From Terriglobia bacterium (GTDB lineage: Bacteria; Acidobacteriota; Terriglobia; 2-12-FULL-54-10), in contig CAXVYR010000004.1 of the NCBI GenBank assembly GCA_963666975.2, forward strand, positions 768,001-832,000: 64,000 nt of DNA, read 5' to 3'. A program made the position numbers and the translations under genes. Below the pieces are notes generated by a model. That model saw only the letters and a list, made by a program, of their open reading frames with translations. It was not told the DNA's origin and ran no database searches. This document shows, piece after piece, positions 1-10,039 of this stretch. Numbering within the stretch: position 1 is the first letter of the stretch; the number at the start of each line of letters is the position of its first letter.

Positions 1-362
1 GCAGCCGCCAGCTTGCGCGAAGGGTTGGAGGAGACCTTTACGATCAATCGAGCCGACGTTCCTCCCAGCCTCCACCGCTGCCTGGCAACCACGAACCTCA
101 TCGAGAGCCCGCAGTCGGGCGTGCGGAAAAAGACTGGCAATGTTTGCCGCTGGCGCGACGGCGAGATGACGTTGCGCTGGGTGGCAGGAGCGTTTCTGCT
201 GACCGAGAAGAATTTCCGGAAGATCATGGGTTATCACGATCTCTGGGCTTTGGCATCGATTCTCGGCCGAAGTCCAAACGCTGCTTCCTCTCACAAGGAG
301 AAAGTGGCGTAATATGAACTCAACCCGCCGTCCCAACCTGCAACTGAGTTTGGGACACCTTC
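1..362 (+). mobile_element. IS256-family element copy 1 (right part only; truncated by window start)
   Basis: Same sequence as the 3' ends of copies 2 and 3. Ends in right terminal repeat ...GAGTTTGGGACACCTTC (362). Confidence 0.9.
13..312 (+). CDS. IS256-family (Mutator-like DDE) transposase, C-terminal part
   Basis: LATTNLIES...FRKIMGY motif; matches 2408..2707 and the end of 4559..5002. Confidence 0.85.
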   Translation: MREGLEETFTINRADVPPSLHRCLATTNLIESPQSGVRKKTGNVCRWRDGEMTLRWVAGAFLLTEKNFRKIMGYHDLWALASILGRSPNAASSHKEKVA

Positions 363-1307
363 ATCCGGGATCGCGAATGTTCTCAAGGGTGGTTGCTCCT
401 GAAAGAATCAACTCATCCGCAAGAGCAAAAGCCCGCTCGTAAAGGAGGTCTCCCGTCAGACCGTGCAGCTCGGCCAGACGCAAGCCCGCTTTTGCCGCAG
501 CCAAATGGCCTTGGTAGCTCACCGACTCTCTCGGAATGCACAGATTGTACCTTAACCGATCTTCTACCTGCTGGGCCGTCTCATTCTTTCGCTTGGCGGA
601 TAGGCAATCTCCAAATGCATCCCAAATCTCCCAGCCAACTCCAAAGTTCCACAGATAGTCGCTGCCTTGGCCAGCAAAATTGCCAAGAAGACGATAGAAT
701 TCCGCCGGATCCTTGCCAAAAAATCCAGTTTCGTGTGTCCAGGCAACGCGCTGCGGCAGGGTACCCTTCCGGTCCATCATGTTGAAAGCATTGAAGACTT
801 CCACGTTCATTTCACCGTGCGTCGCAACCGTAGTAACACCATACTCGACAAATTCCCTCATTTCACGGCTTATCAGGTCGGCCGCCTTTTCAGTCTGCCC
901 AGCCAGAATAATGCCGTAAGTGGTATCGTATTCCACTCGTACGCTCGTCTGCTCATAACCCAGCTTCTCCACCATGATTTCTTTCGCTTTGGTGTTGCCG
1001 AAAGCCCGGCAACACCCCGATATCACGACGACTGGTGTGTCGGGCGCGATCTCGTCCATGATGCCGCGGGTGATACCGCCAGAAGCTGGTGTGTAGTCTT
1101 CGTTGACGGGGAGCAGTTGGGTTTCGAACTTGTGAGGGACAACTGTGTAGATCCACTTGTCCTCTCCTACTTGCTGTATGCGCGCTTTCAATGCCGACGC
1201 ATAGTTTTCCATTACTTCCTCTGGAGTCTCGCCGTCCACGTACACAGGCTCCAACTGTGGGTCAATGTCTCCCCCATGATGCCACAGTGCCCACATCTGC
1301 GGATGAG

Positions 1308-2777
1308 GAGGGTGTCCCATACATAGTTGAAGGTTGAACGGCGGTTCGGCCCGAATCGAATAGAATCGGGCCAAGCCTAAATCCTATAGAAGGAGAACCG
1401 CCGAATGAAGGGAAAATATCACGTTTTGGAACTGGGTTCCAAGGGAGCCGAAGAAACCATCCAGAAGTTTTGCCAAACCAACGGACAGATGCTGTTGCCG
1501 GTGGTGGATCTGATCACGGAGGCGCGTCTGGCGGTGGATGAGGTGATTGATCGGGCCGGGCGAGGTTTGATTGAAACGATTCTGAGCATGAGCGCAGAGC
1601 AAATCGCGGGGCCAAAGAGTCCCGGGAAGGCGAGCGGAGAGGTGCGCTGGCATGGCCGGCAATTGGGGAGGGTGAAACTGGCCGATCGCCAGCTGCGGGT
1701 GGAGCGGCCCCGGCTGCGCCGGAAGGGCGGAGGGGAAGAAGCGGTGCCGGCCTACGAAGCACTGCGGAAAAGCGAGAAGACGGGCGAGGAGATGTTCGAG
1801 GCACTGTTGAAAGGGGTTTCGACGCGGAACTACCGCGAGGTGATCCCGGAGATGGCCAACAGCGCTGGGGTGTCGAAGTCTCAGGTGAGCCGGGAAGCGG
1901 CCGAGCAAGGAGCGCGGCGGCTGGAAGAACTGTTGGCGCGGCGCTGGGAGGAGGTCGAGATTCTGGTGATTTACCTGGACGGAATGCGGTTCGGCTCCCA
2001 CCACGTCATCAGCGCCGTGGGCGTGGACATCGAGGGCCGCAAGCATGTGCTGGGGATTCAACTGGGCGCGACCGAAAACGCCGCTGCGGTGAAAGACCTT
2101 CTCACCCGCCTGCGCCAGCAAGGTTTGCGCACGGATCAGCGCTATCTGTTTGTGATCGACGGCGCCAAAGCGCTCCGCGCGGGGATCGAGGAAGTATTCG
2201 GCAGCAATCAGCTGGTGCAGCGTTGCCGTACTCATAAGCTGCGCAACGTGGCTGAGCGGTTACCAAAGGGCGACAAAATGCTGGCGAATCAGGTGCGGTC
2301 GCTGATGCGCGCCGCCTGGCGATTGCCCCAAGCCGAGGAAGGCATCGTGCGCATAAAAAAGCTCGCTGGGATGATCGAGTGCGATCATCCGGCAGCAGCC
2401 GCCAGCTTTGCGCGAAGGGTTGGAGGAGACCTTTACGATCAATCGAGCCGACGTTCCTCCCAGCCTCCACCGCTGCCTGGCAACCACGAACCTCATCGAG
2501 AGCCCGCAGTCGGGCGTGCGGAAAAAGACTGGCAATGTTTGCCGCTGGCGCGACGGCGAGATGACGTTGCGCTGGGTGGCAGGAGCGTTTCTGCTGACCG
2601 AGAAGAATTTCCGGAAGATCATGGGTTATCACGATCTCTGGGCTTTGGCATCGATTCTCGGCCGAAGTCCAAACGCTGCTTCCTCTCACAAGGAGGAAGT
2701 GGCGTAATATGAACTCAACCCGCCGTCCCAACCTGCAACTGAGTTTGGGACACCTTCTGCGAGTTTGGGACACCTTC
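1308..2777 (+). mobile_element. IS256-family element copy 2 with 8-bp target site duplication CGGATGAG
   Basis: IRL GAGGGTGTCCCATACATAGTTGAAGGTTG vs IRR (rc) GAAGGTGTCCCAAACTCAGTTGCAGGTTG. CGGATGAG lies at 1300-1307 and 2778-2785. The terminal 17 bp occur twice (2741-2757, 2761-2777). Confidence 0.93.
1405..2707 (+). pseudogene. IS256-family transposase, +1 frameshift near 2407-2409
   Basis: GVSTR, YLDG, VIDGAKAL and QRCRTHK motifs. An extra T (GCCAGCTTTGCG vs GCCAGCTTGCG in copies 1 and 3) splits it into 1405..2712 and 2408..2707; this may be a sequencing error. Confidence 0.85.
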
Positions 2778-3487
2778 CGGATGAGTATGCACATCGATAA
2801 GACCGGGTGTCACAGTTCGGCCCCTCAGGTCAATCGATTGAGTTTGCGGTCCGGCCAGTTCTTTGATCTCTTGGTCAGTCCCTAACCTCCAAATTTTGTC
2901 ATCTCGAATAGCCATAGCCTGGTGAAAGGTCAGGTTCTGGTCCATCGTCGAAATCTTTCCGTTGTACACAATCAAGGTGGGGTAAACCGCTAATTTCTCT
3001 AAGGCGGCCCTAGGTTGGGTTTGAGCTTGAACTTTTCCTGATGCTAGCAAAAATACTGTAAAGATCGCCAATGATGTCAAAGTGATGGTCGACACGCCTT
3101 CTTTCCTCATAACTCCACCTCTAACCTTCCTTAAGTCATTAAATTGAACTTCCAAAAGATCCTAACTTTTGAGCTACGTACCCACTTGCCCTCAGGGTCT
3201 CATGGAAATGATGCCCGTCAACAACCAGCCAGCCGCCTTTTTTTATTGCAAGAAACACATAACCTGTTGTTACCACAAGTTGCACTACTAGAGCCGTTCC
3301 CGTAAAGGTATAGGGCGAGTCCGGCCCTCGGCAACCTGAATCCCATTTCGCGTTCGCTCCCATGCGGTCCGGGGCTCAGATACACTCTATAACCACTAGG
3401 CTAATGGGACCAAACGGTTTTTGGCTCCATGGACCAAATTTCAAACGCAGGACGCGGCGCGTTCGACTCCGCATTGTATGCAGGGAC

Positions 3488-5052
3488 GAGGGTGTCCCAT
3501 ACATAGTTGAAGGTTGAACGGCGGTTCGGCCCGAATCGAATAGAATCGGGCCAAGCCTAAATCCTATAGAAGGAGAACCGCCGAATGAAGGGAAAATATC
3601 ACGTTTTGGAACTGGGTTCCAAGGGAGCCGAAGAAACCATCCAGAAGTTTTGCCAAACCAACGGACAGATGCTGTTGCCGGTGGTGGATCTGATCACGGA
3701 GGCGCGTCTGGCGGTGGATGAGGTGATTGATCGGGCCGGGCGAGGTTTGATTGAAACGATTCTGAGCATGAGCGCAGAGCAAATCGCGGGGCCAAAGAGT
3801 CCCGGGAAGGCGAGCGGAGAGGTGCGCTGGCATGGCCGGCAATTGGGGAGGGTGAAACTGGCCGATCGCCAGCTGCGGGTGGAGCGGCCCCGGCTGCGCC
3901 GGAAGGGCGGAGGGGAAGAAGCGGTGCCGGCCTACGAAGCACTGCGGAAAAGCGAGAAGACGGGCGAGGAGATGTTCGAGGCACTGTTGAAAGGGGTTTC
4001 GACGCGGAACTACCGCGAGGTGATCCCGGAGATGGCCAACAGCGCTGGGGTGTCGAAGTCTCAGGTGAGCCGGGAAGCGGCCGAGCAAGGAGCGCGGCGG
4101 CTGGAAGAACTGTTGGCGCGGCGCTGGGAGGAGGTCGAGATTCTGGTGATTTACCTGGACGGAATGCGGTTCGGCTCCCACCACGTCATCAGCGCCGTGG
4201 GCGTGGACATCGAGGGCCGCAAGCATGTGCTGGGGATTCAACTGGGCGCGACCGAAAACGCCGCTGCGGTGAAAGACCTTCTCACCCGCCTGCGCCAGCA
4301 AGGTTTGCGCACGGATCAGCGCTATCTGTTTGTGATCGACGGCGCCAAAGCGCTCCGCGCGGGGATCGAGGAAGTATTCGGCAGCAATCAGCTGGTGCAG
4401 CGTTGCCGTACTCATAAGCTGCGCAACGTGGCTGAGCGGTTACCAAAGGGCGACAAAATGCTGGCGAATCAGGTGCGGTCGCTGATGCGCGCCGCCTGGC
4501 GATTGCCCCAAGCCGAGGAAGGCATCGTGCGCATAAAAAAGCTCGCTGGGATGATCGAGTGCGATCATCCGGCAGCAGCCGCGAGGAAGTATTGGCAGCA
4601 ATCAGCTTGCGCGAAGGGTTGCCCCAAGCCGAGGAAGGCATCGTGCGCATAAAAAAGCTCGCTGGGATGATCGAGTGCGATCATCCGGCAGCAGCCGCCA
4701 GCTTGCGCGAAGGGTTGGAGGAGACCTTTACGATCAATCGAGCCGACGTTCCTCCCAGCCTCCACCGCTGCCTGGCAACCACGAACCTCATCGAGAGCCC
4801 GCAGTCGGGCGTGCGGAAAAAGACTGGCAATGTTTGCCGCTGGCGCGACGGCGAGATGACGTTGCGCTGGGTGGCAGGAGCGTTTCTGCTGACCGAGAAG
4901 AATTTCCGGAAGATCATGGGTTATCACGATCTCTGGGCTTTGGCATCGATTCTCGGCCGAAGTCCAAACGCTGCTTCCTCTCACAAGGAGAAAGTGGCGT
5001 AATATGAACTCAACCCGCCGTCCCAACCTGCAACTGAGTTTGGGACACCTTC
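3488..5052 (+). mobile_element. IS256-family element copy 3 (no matching target duplication; internal ~115-bp scrambled duplication)
   Basis: Same IRL and IRR as copy 2. Flanks GCAGGGAC and TCTTTTTA do not match. Confidence 0.92.
3585..5002 (+). pseudogene. IS256-family transposase disrupted by internal duplication at ~4582-4700
   Basis: Identical to copy 2 up to ~4581; then short pieces of the transposase itself recur (LPQAEEGIVRIKKLAGMIECDHPAAAA appears twice). Confidence 0.85.
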
Positions 5053-5380
5053 TCTTTTTATGCTCTGTGTCCAACATTATCTGACGACGTACAATAGGTG
5101 ACGATGTGAACGAAGCTGCCACCGGACCGTCCAGGCTCTCTTCATGCGATCCGTGAGGCGTACAAAACGTCTTTCGGTCCACGAGTCTCGGGACCTACCA
5201 TCAATAATCAACCCAGAGTAATAGCACTAAGGCTCGTTTCCCATCTACACAGTTCGTTGAAAAATGGTTTCGAAAGGGCTCACAAGACACTGTCAATTCT
5301 TGCACGTTGTTGATTCTTTGTTCAACGGACACCGGGAAACACTGATTTCGAGCCATTCCAAATAGTTTTCCAACAAACTC

Positions 5381-7216
5381 CTAGAAGATCGGAGAGCGGT
5401 AAACTACCCGACCGTCCACTGCGGTTAGTAGGGTGTTGATATTGACGATTTCTCTTTCCGGAATCGAAAAATAATCCTTATCAATAACGATAAAATCAGC
5501 CAATTTCCCTGGCTCGAGAGAACCCAGCCGGTCGCCGCGAAGAAGGAATTCTGCGGGCCAATTCGTCCAAGCCCGCAAAGCTGTAATGCGGTCGATTCTT
5601 TCTTCCGGACTGTAAACTCTTCCATTGATCTCTCGGGTCACCCAGGTACCCACCCAAGGCCAAACAGAGTTCCGGTAACTTCGCGGCCAGTTATTGGACC
5701 ACAAAGATTCACCTATAAATACTTCTTCGGTGTCGGCATCGGGTGCCAGGCCTATGTGGGCATCTGATGATAAGAAGATGCGTGCGCCGGCGTCCAAGAA
5801 ACTTTTAACCGGCATTACCCATTTTAAGTATTGCTCTCCATAATCTTCAATGACCCCGGGTGCCGTACTCGCAAGCTGGGTGGCTTGAAAATTCATCCAG
5901 AAGCCATAATGAGCAAAAATTGGAATTTGATCTGGCCTGATGATATTGGCGTGATCGAAGCCCATCTTCAGATCTCGAATCTGCTCCAAGGTCGTGCTTT
6001 TGTTTCTGATCGCCGTTTCCATGATTCGAAAAGCGGCGTCCAAAGCCCGGTCGGTCATCGCATGAACATTGGCCAGCCTCAAGCCGGTCTCCACCGCCGC
6101 TAAATGCCCCTGATAATATTTGGACTGCGGCAAAATCCCCTGGCAGGCACCCTGAATACGTTTTCGGTCTCGTTCTTGGAGTTCAGGAGTCTTGGCAGGT
6201 GCTGTAGGCGGACATCCGGTGCTGGCCCAGCCCTCATACCCGACGCCGAAATTCCATAGATAATCACTGCCCTGACCGAGAAAGTTGCCGAGCAGTTTGT
6301 AATACTCGGCTGGATCTTTCCCCAAAAATCCACTTTGGTGGTTCCACGCCCAACGCACGGGCATTCTTCCTTGCCGGTCCAAGAGGTTTAACGCATTGTA
6401 GATTCCCACATTCTCTTCGCTGTGGCTAGCTATCGTAGTAACTCCAAAGGATGCCGTTTCTTTCAATTCGTGCAATAACATGTCACCAATTTTCTGCGGA
6501 TCTGCCCCCAGAATAATGCCGTAAACAGTGTCGTACCAGATCCGAAGTCCTGTCTGCTCATATCCCAATTTGTCGAGCATGATCTGTTTAGCTTTGGAAT
6601 TTGCATACCCGGTGAAAAAGCCTGCCGTCAGTGCCACCGGGGTGTCGGGAGCTATTCGGTCCAGATCCGCGCGTGCAAGCCCTTCCGGCGATTCAACCAA
6701 AAGCTCGTCCATTTCGTGAGGGATAGCAACCATAATCCACTTTTCTGGACCGTTCTGTTGGATTCGGCGTCGAATTGCCGGTCCCAATTTCTCTGCCACC
6801 TCAGCGATCGTCTTGCCGGGAATATAGAGCGGGATGAGACTTTCATCATATTGGCCTCCCCATTGCCACAGACCCCATAAGTGAGGGTGTGAATGGGCGT
6901 CGATCATCCCTGGGAGCACCGTTCTTCCTCTCGCGTTGATCAATTCTGTTTGTGGTCCGGCCAGTTCTTTGATTTCCTGATCGGTGCCCAGCTTCCAGAT
7001 CTTATTACCCCGGACGGCCATCGCCTGATGATTGGCTAGATTCTGATCCATAGTGGCAATCTTTCCGTTATGCACAATCAAGGTGGGATAGACCGCCAAC
7101 TTCTCCAAGGTAGCCATAGATGGGGTTTGAGCTTGAACTTTTGCCGGTGCCAGCAGAAAAATCATGACAATTGCCAGCCAGGTCGAAGCAGTTGATAAAG
7201 TTCCTTCTTTTTTCAT
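5381..7216 (-). CDS. Secreted metal-dependent amidohydrolase (Amidohydro_3/YtcJ-like), most divergent paralogue
   Basis: Signal peptide ending VQAQ; PGMIDAHSHPH (HxH), VHAMTD, FDHAN, SSDAH, GSLEPGKLADFIVIDKD. Confidence 0.9.
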   Translation of the reverse strand: MKKEGTLSTASTWLAIVMIFLLAPAKVQAQTPSMATLEKLAVYPTLIVHNGKIATMDQNLANHQAMAVRGNKIWKLGTDQEIKELAGPQTELINARGRTVLPGMIDAHSHPHLWGLWQWGGQYDESLIPLYIPGKTIAEVAEKLGPAIRRRIQQNGPEKWIMVAIPHEMDELLVESPEGLARADLDRIAPDTPVALTAGFFTGYANSKAKQIMLDKLGYEQTGLRIWYDTVYGIILGADPQKIGDMLLHELKETASFGVTTIASHSEENVGIYNALNLLDRQGRMPVRWAWNHQSGFLGKDPAEYYKLLGNFLGQGSDYLWNFGVGYEGWASTGCPPTAPAKTPELQERDRKRIQGACQGILPQSKYYQGHLAAVETGLRLANVHAMTDRALDAAFRIMETAIRNKSTTLEQIRDLKMGFDHANIIRPDQIPIFAHYGFWMNFQATQLASTAPGVIEDYGEQYLKWVMPVKSFLDAGARIFLSSDAHIGLAPDADTEEVFIGESLWSNNWPRSYRNSVWPWVGTWVTREINGRVYSPEERIDRITALRAWTNWPAEFLLRGDRLGSLEPGKLADFIVIDKDYFSIPEREIVNINTLLTAVDGRVVYRSPIF

Positions 7217-7284
7217 AATTCACCTTCCTACGCAATGTGATTTCATTCAATTGCTCTACAGATAAACCAAATCTGTGGAGAAAA

Positions 7285-7697
7285 TTAATAATCGGAATCT
7301 TTGAAGACTACCCTCCCCCCAATTACTGTCATCAGTGTCTTGATATTGAGAATTTCCCCTTCAGGGATCGTGAAGTAATCCTTGTCGATGACCACAAAAT
7401 CGGCGAGCTTGCCCGGTTCCAATGATCCAAGTAGATCCCAACGCAGCAGGTACTGTGCGCCTCCGTTTGTCCAGCCTCGCAGGGCAGTAATCCGGTCGAT
7501 TCTTTCCTCCGGTACCCATACCTGTCCGTCAAGTTCCCGCGTCACTCACCAGCCCACCCACGGCCAACAGAGTCCCAGTAGGGAAACCCCGCAGCCCAGT
7601 CTTTCGCAAATCGATCCACTTTGTCCGGAAGAGGGCCGACGTGAGTATAGGTTCCAAAAACCACCCGCGCGCCCGCGTCGATCAGACTCTTAAGCGG
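7285..7697 (-). pseudogene. C-terminal remnant of an amidohydrolase paralogue
   Basis: Reads PLKSLIDAGARVVFGTYTHVG...FPYWDSV, then a frameshift and WPWVGW*VTRELDG...GKLADFVVIDKD. Catalytic GTD has become GTY, and there is a TGG-to-TGA nonsense change. Confidence 0.85.
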
Positions 7698-7782
7698 TGC
7701 CCTCCACTCCAACATGGTTCTGGTCCTAATATATTCTCAGCAGTTGTACATCCAACTGGGCACGCTGATCCTGCAATGAGGA

Positions 7783-9684
7783 TCAGAAGTTCGGAGCTTG
7801 GTAGGCGATCTTGCCTCCTAATACAGTCATCAGAGTCTTAATATTCATTAATTCCGGCTCGGGAATCGTGAAGTAATCTTTGTCGATGACCACAAAATCG
7901 GCCAACTTCCCCGGCTCTAATGAGCCCAGACGGTCTTCCCGCAGCAGGATCTCCGCCGACCAGGTCGTCATCCCTCGGAGCGCGGAAATGCGGTCAATCC
8001 TTTGCTCGGGACCCAAACGGACCTTCTCGGTCCGACGCCCACTGCCGAATTCCCCTAGGGCTATTTCGGTTTCTTCCTGAACCCAAACTCCGATCCACGG
8101 CCAGATGGAGTCTCGGTAAGGGAACGAGGCCGATAGGCTGTTGAGGAAATTTTCTTGATTATCGCTAAGTCTGGAGATGCCCACATCGGTCCCAATGTTA
8201 AAGTGGATCCCAGCATCCACAAGGCTCTTCAGCGGGGTGACCCAAGACGAATATCCCGGCTTATAGAAATTTTGAGCGTTGTATAACCCTAGGGCCAGTC
8301 GACTTCCCTGAAAATCGAAGACAAACCCATACTTCTTCATCAAAGGGATCTGCTCGGGACGAATCAAGGGAGCATGGTCGAATAACCATTTCTGTTCTCG
8401 GATATCCTCCAAGGTGCGGCTTCCATCCTGGATAGCTTCTTCGGCCAAGGCAAAGGCCCTATCCATGACTTTGTCACCGGTCAGCGCATGTAAACCAAAC
8501 AACCTCAGGCCAACTTTTGCGGCTGCCAGATGCCCTTGGTAGTGCATCAAGTCGCTAGGTATACAATCCGGAAAGGGACCCCAGCTTCGTTGAATCTGGT
8601 TTTGAAGCTCCTCCGTTTTGGCTATATCCGATAAGCAGTTTCCCGCGGAATCATTGTCCCAGGCCTCATAACCCACGCCCACATTCCACAAGAAATCGCT
8701 GCCCTGACCGAGGAAATTCCCCAGCAGCCGGTAATACTCCACTGGGTCCTTTGACCCATAGAAACCGCTTTCATGGGACCAGGCAACCCTTTGCGGCATT
8801 TTGCCTTGCCGATCCATCATATTCCAGGCTTTGAAGACCTCTGTGTTGACTTCTCCATGAGTGCCCACCGTGGTCACGCCGTAGTTCACAAAGTCTTGCA
8901 TCTCCCGGCTCACCAAATCCGCCGCCTCTGCTGTGTTAAGAATGACGCCCCATACCAAATCATAAGGAATCCGAACCGAACTGTTAGGCTCATAGCCAAG
9001 TTTCTCGACCATCAACTGCCGGGCCTTGTTATTGGCAAAACTCCTGCAGCAGCCGCTGATGATCACAACCGGCGTGTCAGGGGCAATTCTATCCAAATCG
9101 GCCTTACGGATCCTGGCTGGATCGACCCCAGGATATGATCGCCCATCCTGAAAGAAGGTCTGCATCTCCCCACTCATTCGGAAAGGAATACTGGCAATCA
9201 CCCATTGGTCCTTCCCTTGTTTTTGGATACGTTGTTGAATGACCAGCTCCAGATTCCTCCGAACCTCCTCAAGATCCTTCCCATGGGCATAAGCCGGCTC
9301 TAGTTGAGGGAGCACTTGGCCGCCATAATGCCACCAACCCCATAGATGCGGGTGCGTATGCGCATCAATCAGGCCCGGCACTACCGTCCTCCCCTTTAGG
9401 TCAATCATCTGGGTCTGCGGTCCCGCCAATTCCCGAATCTCGCGGTTCGTGCCCAACGTCCAAATCTGGTCACCTCGGATCGCCATGGCCTGGTAATTCG
9501 TCAAATTATTGTCCATCGTGGCGATCTTTCCGTTGTGCACAATTAGAGTGGGATAAACCGCCACCTTCTCCAGTACGGACATCTCACGGGATTGAGCCCG
9601 GGAAACCGGAACCGCACCCACCCACGTTAAGAAGGAAAAGAGAATCAATAGATATAATGTTCCTTTCGTTCCGCATGTCCTCAT
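7783..9684 (-). CDS. Secreted metal-dependent amidohydrolase (Amidohydro_3/YtcJ-like)
   Basis: Signal peptide; IDAHTHPH, SGCC, LHALTGD, FDHAP, GTDVG, GKLADFVV. AAGGAG RBS favours ATG 9684 (ORF extends to GTG 9693). Confidence 0.9.
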   Translation of the reverse strand: MRTCGTKGTLYLLILFSFLTWVGAVPVSRAQSREMSVLEKVAVYPTLIVHNGKIATMDNNLTNYQAMAIRGDQIWTLGTNREIRELAGPQTQMIDLKGRTVVPGLIDAHTHPHLWGWWHYGGQVLPQLEPAYAHGKDLEEVRRNLELVIQQRIQKQGKDQWVIASIPFRMSGEMQTFFQDGRSYPGVDPARIRKADLDRIAPDTPVVIISGCCRSFANNKARQLMVEKLGYEPNSSVRIPYDLVWGVILNTAEAADLVSREMQDFVNYGVTTVGTHGEVNTEVFKAWNMMDRQGKMPQRVAWSHESGFYGSKDPVEYYRLLGNFLGQGSDFLWNVGVGYEAWDNDSAGNCLSDIAKTEELQNQIQRSWGPFPDCIPSDLMHYQGHLAAAKVGLRLFGLHALTGDKVMDRAFALAEEAIQDGSRTLEDIREQKWLFDHAPLIRPEQIPLMKKYGFVFDFQGSRLALGLYNAQNFYKPGYSSWVTPLKSLVDAGIHFNIGTDVGISRLSDNQENFLNSLSASFPYRDSIWPWIGVWVQEETEIALGEFGSGRRTEKVRLGPEQRIDRISALRGMTTWSAEILLREDRLGSLEPGKLADFVVIDKDYFTIPEPELMNIKTLMTVLGGKIAYQAPNF

Positions 9685-9891
9685 CGTTTTCACTCCTTTT
9701 CAGTTCCAGATATATAAGTTGCCCTCGCCCAGCTGGGAGGCTCTATAGCAGCTCCCACGTAAGTTTACCCCCTGGATCGGGTCTTCTCCGAAGTACAGGT
9801 TCCTCTCCGTGACATTGACTTCCGTAATTACCTTTCCAACCGAACTCTACCGTGACACAGCAAAACACCCAACAGGAACACCTTTCCTTTT
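9332..9891. repeat. ~560-bp near-identical direct repeat, copy 1 (5' coding end plus ~200-bp upstream region)
   Basis: Aligns base-for-base with few mismatches to 19172..19731. Confidence 0.9.
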
Positions 9892-10039
9892 TATTGAAGC
9901 TTGATTCGATAGGGCAGCCGACGTACGCTTTTTGAGGAACGGGGGAAGTTCGATAACGGACATGCCGGTTTCGGCTGCCCCCTATCATCCTCCCCCGCCT
10001 CCTTTCGGGTTTTCGTCCATCCCCGTCCTAGTGATGGAA

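Larger units (their letters stand above)
363..3110 (-). pseudogene. Secreted amidohydrolase (Amidohydro_3/YtcJ-like) interrupted by two IS256 insertions
   Basis: The N-terminal part MRKEG...GLIDVHTHP (3110-2778) continues as HPQMWALWHHGG...LENIRDPG (1307-363). It is a close paralogue of 15607..17454. The C-terminus lies beyond IS copy 1. Confidence 0.9.

Noticed and set aside
1384-2235. 283-aa minus-strand ORF (identical copy at 3564..4415)
   Set aside because: Antisense shadow of the IS256 transposase with no recognisable motifs.
3331-3345. Possible sigma54 site TGGGATTCAGGTTGC upstream of the disrupted amidohydrolase
   Set aside because: Only the minimal GG-N10-GC matches and the -24 box is poor; too weak to call.
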